Sequence record: KX397371.1
Direction: 5' to 3' (one strand)
Length of the DNA stretch: 64,000 nt
This document shows positions 17,876 to 28,212 of the stretch, one piece after another (within the stretch, counting starts at the first letter, position 1; each line of letters begins with the position of its first letter). The notes beneath the pieces were generated by a model that worked only from the letters and a program-made list of their open reading frames with translations, ran no database searches and was not told the DNA's origin. The position numbers and the translations under genes were made by a program.

Positions 17876-20614
17876 TTAGACGGTTTCATCTTCCGGATTA
17901 ATATCCAGAGGATCGCTACCATCACCAGCATCGCCATTATCCCCAGCGTTGTTTCCATCGTCAGGGTTAAGAGCGTCATCTGGATTATCGTCTGGATTGT
18001 CATCAGGGTTGTCGTCCGGGTTATCGAGAGGATTATCGTCCAGCGGGTTGTCGTCCGGGTTGTCATCTAAAGGATTGTCATCCAATGGATTATCACCACC
18101 ACCCCCACCAAAGTTATCATCCCCGCCACCTTCTCCACCCATATCGCGCTGCTTAGCCAACGTCTCAATCTTACCAGACGTTGTTTTACCGAGCTGCATG
18201 ATAGTGTTGGAAGCTTCACGGATTTCATCACTGATCATCTTCACGGTCTCAGCACGTTTCTCTTTATCGTAAATCAGGTCGAAGAATTCATTCTCGATAC
18301 CCTGTTTACGCAGCCACGTACGGACATAGAAGTTCTTCACCATCGTCTTAATGGTGTTGGCATCCAGCGAGATACCCGCATCCTGCATCATCGTGGTGAT
18401 ATCATCCGTCACTACCAAGTCTGCCAGCTTCTCAATGAACTCTGTACGTTTGTCGAACAGTTCCATTTGTGAAGAGGCCGCAGACGTATCCGGCGGTGGC
18501 AGCGTGACTTTAATACCGTTGATAAACTGACGCATGTACATAGAGGCTTTCGCCACGTACTGATCTTCAGATGTATCCGGCTCTTTGTCTTTGATGTACT
18601 CCACACAGGCTTTCAGCAGTTCTGCTTGCAGGCTTGGTGAAGACAGCGTGGACGTCACGACATAGCGGGTCAACGGTTTTTGCAGAATCTCTTGCTTCTT
18701 CATGATCTTCTGGGTGACCAGCAGAGACTTGGAGAAGATTTGAGATGCAAACTCGATGTTGTCCGGCGTCAGTACCAAGTCCGGGTCAACGTCCGCGATG
18801 TGGCAGGTACGACGCAGTAACTGCTCGTCGAGTTCTTTATCGGGTGCTTTGTAGTCCGGTGTGGTGTCCGACACAGACACTTTACTGCTTGGGTAGTAAT
18901 CGTTCCCCTCAACGTTGAACGCAATCCCCGAGTTGGTTGCCATTGACCAGATGTCATCCATATTCCCCCACATCGGCTGGCGACGGTTGAAGGAGTTCAG
19001 GATATCGGACTTCATACGGGCAACAGTTTCTTCCCCGTTCATGGCATCCGGTGACAACTGAATGTCGTACTGCATATGGCGCGCAGAGTTCAGGATAGAG
19101 GTGTTCATGGTGGCGAACAGCAGTGCCATACGCACAGACGAGATAATGAAAGAACGTTCAGTGATGGACACACCAAAACCGTCTTCATCAAAGTCAGTAG
19201 CAAAGTAGCACAGGTTCTCAGCCGGAATGTAGACCACCTGCGTGTGACGTTTTGCTAAGTGGCGAGTCAGCATGATACGGCCAAAGGTTTCTGACACATT
19301 CATGTCCAGCTCAGCACCGCCTAACGCATCACCCAGCGCAACCGCTAACTGGTTCTCAGCAATCTCACCGAAACGGCTAATCAGACGGTTAGCAATCTCA
19401 GGCGTGACCTTCGCGTTACCTTCACCCATCCCGATAGCGGAACGGTTAATGATGGAGTCGACCATCCCGTCATTATTCAGGTAGTTCATGAAGTTCGCAT
19501 CGCCGTACAGAGACGAGCGTGCGTTAATGAAGTTACCCAGCTCATCGACGATTGCCAGATAACCGATCGGGTTCATCACGTCATCGCCCAGTACCAACGG
19601 CATGGTGGATTCAGCAGGCAGAACACGCTCGGTGTATTCAACGTGGTTTACGTCGTCCATCATCGGCTTCTGCATCTCGCCGTACATCATGGTCTGTGGC
19701 GTGGTGCGATACGTTTCGTTCAGGTCGGCGATGTTGATGCCGTCGTATTTGCGGTCTTGGCTCTCTTTGAAGGCATCCGCTTCAAATGTTCCAGCCCCGG
19801 TAGGCGTTTGAGGCTTTTCATATGCAGTCTGTTCCAACTGCCCGTAGAAGGACGCCGAGGCGTTCTCGCGTGCAACACGACGGACGGTTTCCGGCATCAA
19901 GAAAATGTTGGGGTTGTCGGTCAGCGTCAGTTTGATAGAAGCCATGTCACCGACTTTCTTCGAATCAAACAGCGAGTCCAGTTTAATCTCGATGGTCTGC
20001 GGACCGTCAGGACGCGTACGCCCATTCAGTATGCTTTCAATCCCAACCTTACGCTCATCCGGCTTAGAAATCTTACCGAGGATACCACGCTGCTGATTAA
20101 AGAAATCAATGCGCTGGTTCTTGACAGATTCCTGTGCGACCTTCGTGTCCAACCCAAACAGTTTATCAAACCCTGAGTCGGAGAGCAGAAGTACCGGCGT
20201 TGCACCTTTGAATTTAAGGGCATCGTAAATCCACTTGTACAGCTTAGTCGGCAGCTGACGTTTGTTGTCGTGGAACTCACGTTCGATGCGTACCATCTCC
20301 TGACGCAGGTCAAGAGGCATCTCGGCTACGCAATCGTAAATAAGACTGGTGTTCACTAGGTCTTTCGACGACAACAGAGAAGAGGTGGCGATAGTGACAA
20401 TCGTTTCGAGTTCAGGCAATGCCTGATAGATACGCTGTGCGTTCTTCGCTGTACGAATACGCGAACTGGCGATACCTGTCAGTTCTGAGCGAGTTGGTGT
20501 GGTGCCTCCCTCCTCGCGCTTACCGCGCTCTTGCGAACCGCTTGGGCCGGTTGCCTTGCGCAGGATGGCGCTAACTGCTGGGTCGCGCGCCTGTAACTTA
20601 CTAATATCGTCCAT
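17876..20614 (-). CDS. Portal protein (phiKZ gp129 / SPN3US gp81-like)
   Basis: 912 aa, minus strand, back-to-back with a gp128-like gene; LGYLAIVDELGN and DVDPDLV motifs; acidic DDNP-repeat tail. Confidence 0.75.
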   Translation of the reverse strand: MDDISKLQARDPAVSAILRKATGPSGSQERGKREEGGTTPTRSELTGIASSRIRTAKNAQRIYQALPELETIVTIATSSLLSSKDLVNTSLIYDCVAEMPLDLRQEMVRIEREFHDNKRQLPTKLYKWIYDALKFKGATPVLLLSDSGFDKLFGLDTKVAQESVKNQRIDFFNQQRGILGKISKPDERKVGIESILNGRTRPDGPQTIEIKLDSLFDSKKVGDMASIKLTLTDNPNIFLMPETVRRVARENASASFYGQLEQTAYEKPQTPTGAGTFEADAFKESQDRKYDGINIADLNETYRTTPQTMMYGEMQKPMMDDVNHVEYTERVLPAESTMPLVLGDDVMNPIGYLAIVDELGNFINARSSLYGDANFMNYLNNDGMVDSIINRSAIGMGEGNAKVTPEIANRLISRFGEIAENQLAVALGDALGGAELDMNVSETFGRIMLTRHLAKRHTQVVYIPAENLCYFATDFDEDGFGVSITERSFIISSVRMALLFATMNTSILNSARHMQYDIQLSPDAMNGEETVARMKSDILNSFNRRQPMWGNMDDIWSMATNSGIAFNVEGNDYYPSSKVSVSDTTPDYKAPDKELDEQLLRRTCHIADVDPDLVLTPDNIEFASQIFSKSLLVTQKIMKKQEILQKPLTRYVVTSTLSSPSLQAELLKACVEYIKDKEPDTSEDQYVAKASMYMRQFINGIKVTLPPPDTSAASSQMELFDKRTEFIEKLADLVVTDDITTMMQDAGISLDANTIKTMVKNFYVRTWLRKQGIENEFFDLIYDKEKRAETVKMISDEIREASNTIMQLGKTTSGKIETLAKQRDMGGEGGGDDNFGGGGGDNPLDDNPLDDNPDDNPLDDNPLDNPDDNPDDNPDDNPDDALNPDDGNNAGDNGDAGDGSDPLDINPEDETV
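17970..18110 (-). repeat. Tandem DDNP/DDNPL coding repeat in the portal C-terminus
   Basis: DNPLDDNPLDDNPDDNPLDDNPLDNPDDNPDDNPDDNPDD; on the + strand recurring GGATTATCGTC/GGGTTGTCGTC units. Confidence 0.9.
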
Positions 20615-20629
20615 TGGGGTCTCCGGAAA

Positions 20630-22813
20630 ATGCAGAGGTTCAATATCTTTAGAGACCAGTCCATCCAGTTGGCGATGTCTTTGATTTTTAAATCAGAAGC
20701 CATTGCTGAGCAGATGAATCTGGCTATAACCGAGAATGGCGGTTATGTGTCGAATGACCGCACAACGTGGCGGTACTACCTGCATTTGGCAGGTCGTCGA
20801 CATGAAATCGACAAACCGATTTTGTTTAAATCGGTCGAAAGCGGCGAGGAAATAGAGCTTACGGTGGCCAACTTGGCTATTCATAAGAAAACCTCGAACG
20901 TCTATCGTTCCAACACCGAGTATATCGAAAACCTCATCGAGGCGTATCCCGACTACGCGGTCTATATAAAAGGTGTCTTTTGGCCTGTGAGTTTAGAACG
21001 GGCCATCTCCCTAAATGATTGCAGTATCATGTACTACGACTCGAAGTATGTCGAAGCGCAAGAGCAGTCATTGATTCACGATTTAGAAGCAAAGATTCGT
21101 GCCACGCACGTCCGATATTTTGCCCAAGGATGGCGTGTACACAACGATGCGTTCGTGCTGGCGTTCTACGACATGCTCTACCCTATGTTGCCTGCCTTTA
21201 TCATGCAGCTGCGACATGAGAAGCAATTCACCGTTGAAACACACAGTTACTACGTCACCGAGTTCCTGGCCTCGCACCAAGAGCTGCACGAGTTCATTCC
21301 TTACCTAACTCAAAAACAGATGTTCACGCTATACCGTAACATCCGTTATTGGGAGCGCAACTCCGGCAAGAAAGAAATCTTCGACTGGATGGTGGAAACC
21401 CTCCTCACCGGTTGGAGCATGCCTGCCGTGGCGTACAATGTTGGCCAGTTAATTCATGACCCCACCACCGGGTTAGATGAAGACTTAACGCCGAAGCCGA
21501 CAGGGTACCAGCAAGCTCTAAACTATAAAGAGCGTACGTCAGGCCGTGATTTGGATTTGGTTGCAACCGCTGACCTCATCCAGAAAGAGTTGTCGTTGGC
21601 CTCCGAAAACGGTCAACACCAAGTTGAGTACCAGACAGACCTAGACACTCGCCTGGGCCTGACGCAGTATCCTAACCTGTCCACGAAGCTTGTCGAAGTG
21701 ACCGCCATTGACCCCGAAGCTATTGAGCGTTGGGAGTATATGCACGGCCTCTTTAATGAGTGGTTACACTTAACGGCCAGTGGAAAGTACAACATTTATC
21801 ACGACATCCTTAACCCGACCAATGGGGACACGTTGAAGCTCTCGTCTAAAGAGTTGTTCGCGCTGTACCTCTATGCTGGGTTCAAAGGGTTCTCCAATAT
21901 TGAGTTGACCACCATCCCTGCGTTCCATGCCATGGACGTCCAGATTAAACGCTGGATTACCCCGGAAGAAATGCACAACGCAATCTACCCAGATAGCTGG
22001 GTTGGGCGTTACGATGGTATGGTTAACTATTTCGCTGACACACAGTACGAGGTCATTGGGTCGCTGACCAGCAACGATGAGTTGTTCGATGCAATCTCCA
22101 CGATGCTAGATAATAAACGTAAGCGGTACAGTTATGTTTATAACCGTCGTAAGATTCCTGACCGTGCAGCGGGCTTGCAACTGTTTGCTTACATGTATCG
22201 GAGCTACCGTTGCGATTTAGAACTGCCGTATACGGACTATGAAGAATTCTTCAGAACGTACGGAATCGACCACACATTGATTTCGAACGAGACGTGGCAG
22301 GACATTGCAACTGATGCGTTCAATATTGCAACAAACATGGAGAACCGGGCGGTTCTGTCTCAAGGTGAGATTCAGCGTGCAATGGTAAGGTTGATGAGTA
22401 AGCTCTCATCGTACACCATCCATTTTGCTGCACGTATGGCGTCTGACTCGTACGACATTACCGATCCTATCACACCGATTCTTGGGGACATACCGGCTTC
22501 CGCACACGCGTCGATGTCGGTTGACCATCCTCATACCGGTGTGCAGGATGTGGCTGTGAAGTCGAAGATGTCCACCTCAACACCGCTCGCGGTGATGCCC
22601 GATATCGTCGCCTTAAAAGCACCCCGTCGTTTGCGATACCAAATGGATATCGCTATGGGTATTCAGGTAACGATGCATCAGCATCAGGTGGTTAACATTT
22701 CTGAGCCGTTAGTGGGCGTGGACGTTACTGAAAACGTAAAAGACAAAGCCTACTTGAGCGATAAGATTAGGAAGCGTGCCCTCGATGGCTTTATTAAGGG
22801 CGAGTATTTCTAA
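20630..22813 (+). CDS. Virion structural protein (phiKZ gp128-like)
   Basis: 727 aa, WRYYLHLAG motif, divergent from the portal gene as in phiKZ. Confidence 0.65.
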   Translation: MQRFNIFRDQSIQLAMSLIFKSEAIAEQMNLAITENGGYVSNDRTTWRYYLHLAGRRHEIDKPILFKSVESGEEIELTVANLAIHKKTSNVYRSNTEYIENLIEAYPDYAVYIKGVFWPVSLERAISLNDCSIMYYDSKYVEAQEQSLIHDLEAKIRATHVRYFAQGWRVHNDAFVLAFYDMLYPMLPAFIMQLRHEKQFTVETHSYYVTEFLASHQELHEFIPYLTQKQMFTLYRNIRYWERNSGKKEIFDWMVETLLTGWSMPAVAYNVGQLIHDPTTGLDEDLTPKPTGYQQALNYKERTSGRDLDLVATADLIQKELSLASENGQHQVEYQTDLDTRLGLTQYPNLSTKLVEVTAIDPEAIERWEYMHGLFNEWLHLTASGKYNIYHDILNPTNGDTLKLSSKELFALYLYAGFKGFSNIELTTIPAFHAMDVQIKRWITPEEMHNAIYPDSWVGRYDGMVNYFADTQYEVIGSLTSNDELFDAISTMLDNKRKRYSYVYNRRKIPDRAAGLQLFAYMYRSYRCDLELPYTDYEEFFRTYGIDHTLISNETWQDIATDAFNIATNMENRAVLSQGEIQRAMVRLMSKLSSYTIHFAARMASDSYDITDPITPILGDIPASAHASMSVDHPHTGVQDVAVKSKMSTSTPLAVMPDIVALKAPRRLRYQMDIAMGIQVTMHQHQVVNISEPLVGVDVTENVKDKAYLSDKIRKRALDGFIKGEYF

Positions 22814-22838
22814 TCTATTGACATAAGCGAGAAATTGT

Positions 22839-23363
22839 ATGCCGTATCGTATCGACCTATCGAAACCACCCCACGAAATACTGGTGAATCGCATCAACTA
22901 CGTCTGGGGTACTTCTTATAGACCAGACCAGGTTGAATTCAACAGTCGTGGCGCATGGCCGCTGACGAAAGAAGAACGACGTGCGCGTGGCGTCGAATCT
23001 AAAATCGCGGCACGATTTAAAAACGGGGTAATGGGCTTTCAGGAGTTCCACCTTACCCGTGCCGACCTGACCGAACTGCTGGAAGGGGTTGTGGTAGAAG
23101 TTCCGATGGGTATTACGTGGAGCCACTACCTCGTCCCTTACATCATTGATGAGTTAGGTTTACAGTTGGGGCCGTACGATTTGGTGATTGAACCGTTAGA
23201 AGGGGATTTCACCACGTACGTCGCACGCATCGAACCGCATCATCCTTCATTCAAAGGGACGATTGATATTAAGTTCGTTGACCCGACCCCACGTAAGTTA
23301 ACCGACCTCGTCACGAAATACAAACTTGACGGATTCCGCGTAGGAGAATTTTTCGATGGCTAA
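22839..23363 (+). CDS. Probable virion protein
   Basis: 174 aa in the structural operon; ends with KLDGF. Confidence 0.6.
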   Translation: MPYRIDLSKPPHEILVNRINYVWGTSYRPDQVEFNSRGAWPLTKEERRARGVESKIAARFKNGVMGFQEFHLTRADLTELLEGVVVEVPMGITWSHYLVPYIIDELGLQLGPYDLVIEPLEGDFTTYVARIEPHHPSFKGTIDIKFVDPTPRKLTDLVTKYKLDGFRVGEFFDG

Positions 23364-24240
23364 TACCAAGGTGTATGACGGTAAGTTGTCCACAGCGACA
23401 CTTAGCGCCATGCGTTTAGCAAGTGCGTTGATTTGTGGTGCCGATGTAAAGTACCCACAGAACTCAACGCTCAATGAGTTTTTCAAACTGATGACCGGTA
23501 AGCTGCCAGACCCATCGGTACGACCGAGTCTGAAGTATATGTCCATCGGCTTCGCAGGTCACAAATCCATCAAGGTGAAAACCATTGACAGTTTTGTGCC
23601 GATTGCGAAAAGTCCTACTGCGTCGGGGATGTTCAGTCACGTACCGTTTGTGTTGCGTACCCTCGATAACGACCTGAGCGATGAACAGCGTAAAGATTAT
23701 GCGTTCCGTACTCAAGTCAATGTTGAAGGCCGTAACTACTGGGCGTATTACCTGAAGCGTCTGGATATGCGTTCTGTTCAGACGACCGACCTCGAAACAA
23801 TCCGCGAAAACGGCGTGCCGAAGACGGAAGACTTCGTCTACAAAGACAGCGACCTGAACCCGATCCCTAAAGACCTGCCAGATTATGACTACGACGATGA
23901 CAGCACCGTCGAAATCCCGGACGGTCGTTATGTTCAGTCGGGCTGCGACATCGTTATCAACTGGACGGAGTTCGACATTCAGGAATACCTGAACGTGGCG
24001 GCCATCATGTTGGGTGACGCTGGTTCTGCTATCGTGTCTGAAATCGCGCTGTGCTCTGGTGTGGACTTCACCACCGGTGGTCAATCTGCAACTGGTTCGC
24101 CGTTCTCGTACGAAGAAGCCATCGGGGTACAGGTTCTGTATCACATCAGCCTCTTTACTAACCTTGCACAAACCAACGACCAGCTGGGTCTGACGATTCG
24201 TGTGGGTCAGCCTGCGCCGTTCTATCTGGGACAAGCGTAA
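23356..24240 (+). CDS. Virion structural protein (phiKZ gp139-like)
   Basis: HVPFVLR...NDL, YWAYYLKRL and SEIALCSGVD motifs recalled from this family. Confidence 0.6.
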   Translation: MANTKVYDGKLSTATLSAMRLASALICGADVKYPQNSTLNEFFKLMTGKLPDPSVRPSLKYMSIGFAGHKSIKVKTIDSFVPIAKSPTASGMFSHVPFVLRTLDNDLSDEQRKDYAFRTQVNVEGRNYWAYYLKRLDMRSVQTTDLETIRENGVPKTEDFVYKDSDLNPIPKDLPDYDYDDDSTVEIPDGRYVQSGCDIVINWTEFDIQEYLNVAAIMLGDAGSAIVSEIALCSGVDFTTGGQSATGSPFSYEEAIGVQVLYHISLFTNLAQTNDQLGLTIRVGQPAPFYLGQA

Positions 24241-24890
24241 TGTTGATACCTGAACCGCGTCTCCCGGACAACATGGTGCGGATTGTGGGTGTCGACCCCG
24301 GCACCTCACATCTCGGGTTAGCGGTTCTGGATTGGGAATACGGCACAGAGCAGGCCGAAGTGGTGTGGGCAGAAACTCTACACGTCAAAGACCCGACACA
24401 CGACTCCTCTTTTGGAGAGACGGTGGGGCGGCGTGATGCTCGCATGATACAACTCGAAGCCTTATTCGAGGAATTCCTTCGGTTAGCTCGGCCGACCTTC
24501 CTTGCAACAGAAACCCCGTTCATGAAACGGGGTAAGCTTTCCGCCTATGAGTCCGGTGTTGAATTGCAATTGATGTTGCGCCGTTCCTTGTGGCGCGTCT
24601 TTCCGACGAAAGTCATTCACGGTTATCACCCCATTATTGTGAAATCTTATGTTGGTGTTGATGCGAGAGGCACTGATAAGGAAGACATGAAACGCGCAGT
24701 CCAAAAACTGTACGCGAACCACACCCATGTCGACCTCAGTACCTTGGACGAACACAGTAACGATGCCGTCGCTGTGTGCAACATCTTCGTGAGGCTTTCA
24801 CTGCTCAACTTAAACAGTCTCCTGCCGCCCAAAGAGAAGAAACCGAAAGGCTCCTTTTCCAAACGTCGGCGTAAACGGAAAAGGGGTTAA
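24240..24890 (+). CDS. ruvC: RuvC-like Holliday junction resolvase
   Basis: IVGVDPGTSHLGLAV, ETPF, VKSYVG..KEDM, EHSNDAVAV acidic tetrad; basic C-terminal tail. Confidence 0.85.
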   Translation: MLIPEPRLPDNMVRIVGVDPGTSHLGLAVLDWEYGTEQAEVVWAETLHVKDPTHDSSFGETVGRRDARMIQLEALFEEFLRLARPTFLATETPFMKRGKLSAYESGVELQLMLRRSLWRVFPTKVIHGYHPIIVKSYVGVDARGTDKEDMKRAVQKLYANHTHVDLSTLDEHSNDAVAVCNIFVRLSLLNLNSLLPPKEKKPKGSFSKRRRKRKRG

Positions 24891-24892
24891 CC

Positions 24893-25447
24893 ATGTCACT
24901 GTCTCAACAGGATGCTACCGCACAAGCGTTAGATGTCCTTATTCAAGCGGGCACCAACAAGCTCAGCATTGAAGAGGCCAGTAAAGTGAAAGACGCGGCT
25001 GCTGCTCTTGGGCATGCGGATATCATCGATGTCACCAAGCCTGCCAGCGTCATACTGTCTGTTCTGCGCCCGATGTTAATCGCGCAGATTGGCCAGTTGG
25101 CAGACAACCTCGAACAGCGCGCAGTCGGTGCTGTAGAGGGGCTGGATGCAAAGTATGGCAAAGAAACCATGATGACCTTGTGGCCGAACTTTGGTCGCGG
25201 GGTGAAGTTCATCGTGATGCTGTTAGCGTTGGCGACCGTTGCCGTTGCGGGGTACCTTGCGTACTACACCATGCACACGCCAGAAATGGACTCCATGGAT
25301 GTGGCTATCGTGGGACTTACCCCACTGTTTGGACTGGCGGTGTTCTGCACTTGGCCAATCAAAACACTGGCGTACAGTTCGATGGCGATTGCAGCCAAAG
25401 TCGTTGAGGCGAAACTCCAGAAAAAAGCGACCGCAACCAAGTCGTAA
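24893..25447 (+). CDS. Membrane protein with two C-terminal TM segments
   Basis: VKFIVMLLALATVAVAGYLAYY and VAIVGLTPLFGLAVFCTW hydrophobic stretches; terminator at 25451-25470. Confidence 0.7.
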   Translation: MSLSQQDATAQALDVLIQAGTNKLSIEEASKVKDAAAALGHADIIDVTKPASVILSVLRPMLIAQIGQLADNLEQRAVGAVEGLDAKYGKETMMTLWPNFGRGVKFIVMLLALATVAVAGYLAYYTMHTPEMDSMDVAIVGLTPLFGLAVFCTWPIKTLAYSSMAIAAKVVEAKLQKKATATKS

Positions 25448-25534
25448 GTCTCTCGCCCTTCGGGGCGAGATCTTTTCTTTTTTTGTCTTAATACGCGAGT
25501 TGTAATTTATGTGAAAACGATTAGGGGGATAACC

Positions 25535-26158
25535 ATGAATCTATTACAGATGCGCGTTCGCACGGCACTGATATCTGCGACGGGGGTTCTGAACGCCATA
25601 CCGAAGCTGCCTAAAATAGTGCTCGGTGATGAAATCAGAAAGCGGCTTATTGTCAGTATGCTTGAAGAACAGACGTGGGCGAAGTACAGAACACTTCCTG
25701 CGGGTTATTCACAAGTAAGGCCACCGTATGTGGGTCAAACGCTAGACATGCTTAAAACGTTGTTTAAGGGCGCTAGCGTTGACGATGTACAACATGCGTA
25801 TCGGTGTCTGGCGAATGCGACAGACAAACTACTCGCTCGGAGCTATGGCTTATGGCCAGAAGGTTTACCCGAAGAGGGTTTCGATGACAGTTACCCTGCG
25901 GGTGCGCTGTTGTTTGACCACGGGGTGTCTTACCGATTCCACAAGAACTTCATCCATGCAGTTTGGCTACGTCCAACGGTAGACATGAAGGAAATGTCAG
26001 TTGCTTCCTACATCGACTTCATTTGCACACATTGCGGCGACGTCGACGTCAAGGGCTACACGGTGCGTGAACTAACACCATCGATGCCTATCGAAGATTT
26101 CCTCGGCGATGTGCACACCGATTATTTGGAGAGGAAATTATGCTCTACATCGAAGTGA
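25535..26158 (+). CDS. Hypothetical protein
   Basis: AGGGGG RBS before ATG 25535; overlaps the GNAT start. Confidence 0.75.
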   Translation: MNLLQMRVRTALISATGVLNAIPKLPKIVLGDEIRKRLIVSMLEEQTWAKYRTLPAGYSQVRPPYVGQTLDMLKTLFKGASVDDVQHAYRCLANATDKLLARSYGLWPEGLPEEGFDDSYPAGALLFDHGVSYRFHKNFIHAVWLRPTVDMKEMSVASYIDFICTHCGDVDVKGYTVRELTPSMPIEDFLGDVHTDYLERKLCSTSK

Positions 26159-26616
26159 GTCCTGATAAGGTCTCCGGTGACCTGTTCCCCGGATTGCGTA
26201 AATGGATTGATGACCAGAACGAACACCGAGGTCAACCCATCCGTGTGGTCATGGCAGTGGAAGATGATATTCCGATGGGTGTTATGGCCTATGCCGATGG
26301 CCAGATACTCTACATCTACGTACCGGAAGAATCTCGCCGGGGTGGTGTCGGTACGGCATTACTGAAACGGGCGGTGTTGGAAAGTAAGCGTTCGGTGGTC
26401 AGCGCAAAGGTGCACCCGTCGAACGTTGATGGATTATGTTTCATGCTCAAGTGCGGCTTCGCTATTGATGGTGTCATGATCGGTTTGGATAATGTACGTT
26501 ATCATCGTATGACGAATAACATCGTCGTTGTACATACGCCGCCGGAGGAGAAGCACTTAGAAACGTTTGTGACGAATGTGCCGATATTTTTATCGATGGC
26601 GGAAGGTAATTTCTAG
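26140..26616 (+). CDS. GNAT-family acetyltransferase
   Basis: YIYVPEESRRGGVGTALL (motif A) and N..GLCFMLKCGF (motif B). Confidence 0.85.
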   Translation: MLYIEVSPDKVSGDLFPGLRKWIDDQNEHRGQPIRVVMAVEDDIPMGVMAYADGQILYIYVPEESRRGGVGTALLKRAVLESKRSVVSAKVHPSNVDGLCFMLKCGFAIDGVMIGLDNVRYHRMTNNIVVVHTPPEEKHLETFVTNVPIFLSMAEGNF

Positions 26617-26632
26617 CCGCGAGATTATAACA

Positions 26633-27118
26633 ATGTTACGTGTTGTGTACGAGACACGGTGCTTGGACGATGTCCAATCAAAGCCAGTTTGTCGCGCTGA
26701 AATCGTGCCCGCCTCGGCGGTGGACAGAGCAGCGTCCACACTTCGGGGTGTGCCGGTGAAGTTTACACAGTGTGACGAACATCGCGAGAACAAACCTTAT
26801 AAGACTATACCGGCAATGCGGCCCAGTAAGCGTAGAAGTTATGCCGAATTAAAGCAAAGACTTTATCGGCATTACCGTCGAAGTGCTTGGAAACAGTTAG
26901 TGATGCTAGTCATTGACGATTTCATTAAGAACCTCGATTGGGAAGAAGTGCTTAAAGAGGCGGGCTTCCGCACTCATTCTTTCACGTACCACTGGCATCA
27001 ATTCAAAAAACAGTACGACCACGAACTTCGTTGGTCACCTGCAACCCGAAAGATGTTTGCGCGTCTTGAGGGGCAGGACTGGCTCCTACCGTATATGGAA
27101 GAGGACAAAAAAACATGA
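26633..27118 (+). CDS. Hypothetical basic protein
   Basis: ATG 26633, ATGA overlap with the next gene. Confidence 0.65.
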   Translation: MLRVVYETRCLDDVQSKPVCRAEIVPASAVDRAASTLRGVPVKFTQCDEHRENKPYKTIPAMRPSKRRSYAELKQRLYRHYRRSAWKQLVMLVIDDFIKNLDWEEVLKEAGFRTHSFTYHWHQFKKQYDHELRWSPATRKMFARLEGQDWLLPYMEEDKKT

Positions 27119-27507
27119 TGCGCATTGTAGCAGCTTTTATTTTAACGGTTATTTCGTTTACAGTTTCTGCAAACTTTAATCCCTACGTAATGGAAGGGTT
27201 CAAACCTTCCAATCCGGGGGATGTTCGTGTGAAGTTTACCGAGTTGGATAACCCGACCACGGTAGCGGAGCATGGCGGGTTTGCTGTCGTGAATACAGGC
27301 CGGTCAGAAAAATGCCCCGCAGGGGGTTTCTATCTGGTTAACCTGACCCGCAAGACATATCAGTTCGTCGATGCGGGTTCCTGTCAAAAGGATATTCGTG
27401 TGTCATTGTCTGGCCCATTCCCAGACAAACTTTCAGTCGTAACGGAGATTTTGACGTTCACTTACAAAGACATCGTTACGGCACGATACCCACTCTACAG
27501 TTATTGA
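27115..27507 (+). CDS. Secreted/periplasmic protein
   Basis: Sec-type signal MMRIVAAFILTVISFTVSA, Cys pair; terminator at 27515-27534. Confidence 0.7.
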   Translation: MMRIVAAFILTVISFTVSANFNPYVMEGFKPSNPGDVRVKFTELDNPTTVAEHGGFAVVNTGRSEKCPAGGFYLVNLTRKTYQFVDAGSCQKDIRVSLSGPFPDKLSVVTEILTFTYKDIVTARYPLYSY

Positions 27508-27582
27508 GTGGTTTTCTCTCCCTTCGGGGAGAGATCATTTTATTTTTTAAGTCACCGGTGAATGCTATAGGAGGTGTCAATC

Positions 27583-28185
27583 ATGACCAAAATCTATCGC
27601 ATTGCTGTAATCGGTTCACGGGAAACAGAAGAAGCGACCATGAGCGAAATGTACATGGCGTTGCTGCGCGGATTCAATATGCTGCACCACAGGGGCTACA
27701 AGATTCTGTACAGTAGTGGTGGGTGCTGGAAAGGCCCTGACCAGTTACAGTTCAGGTTTGCTCAACAGTGGGCGAATACCATTGACCAAGACACCGGTAA
27801 GAAGGTCGTCTGGGACGATGAGTTCATCTGTTACTTAGCCGACAACAAGAAGATGGGTTGGCTACCGGGATTGCACCGTAACGTCGACTTCCGTGTAATC
27901 GCACAGGACGAACGCTACCGCGATATCGTACGAAAGTTACACTCTTACCCTGATAAGCTAAAAGAATTCGCCTGGGCGCTTCATGGGCGCAATTTGAACA
28001 TCATTATGGGGGATAATCTCGATACCCCAGTAGATGCCGTCTATTATTCGGCACCGTTGGATAAAGACGGTAATCCAACGGGCGGTACCGCGATGGGTGT
28101 GAAGTACGCCAAGGAGTGTGGCATCCCTTGTTATAACCACGGTTACGATGCCCGCAAGTGGCTGGAGACCGTGCGTTTATTATGA
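27583..28185 (+). CDS. SLOG/DprA(Smf)-like protein
   Basis: IAVIGSRET, SSGG..GPD, RN..IIMG.NLDTPVDAV, TGGTAMGVKYA..GIPCYN. Confidence 0.75.
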   Translation: MTKIYRIAVIGSRETEEATMSEMYMALLRGFNMLHHRGYKILYSSGGCWKGPDQLQFRFAQQWANTIDQDTGKKVVWDDEFICYLADNKKMGWLPGLHRNVDFRVIAQDERYRDIVRKLHSYPDKLKEFAWALHGRNLNIIMGDNLDTPVDAVYYSAPLDKDGNPTGGTAMGVKYAKECGIPCYNHGYDARKWLETVRLL

Positions 28186-28212
28186 CCTGGCCGCATACCT
28201 GAGGACACCACT

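Noticed and set aside
17970-18110. Short direct repeats resembling a mini CRISPR array
   Set aside because: Units are 12-15 nt with no spacers, in frame within the portal gene, and no cas genes are present.
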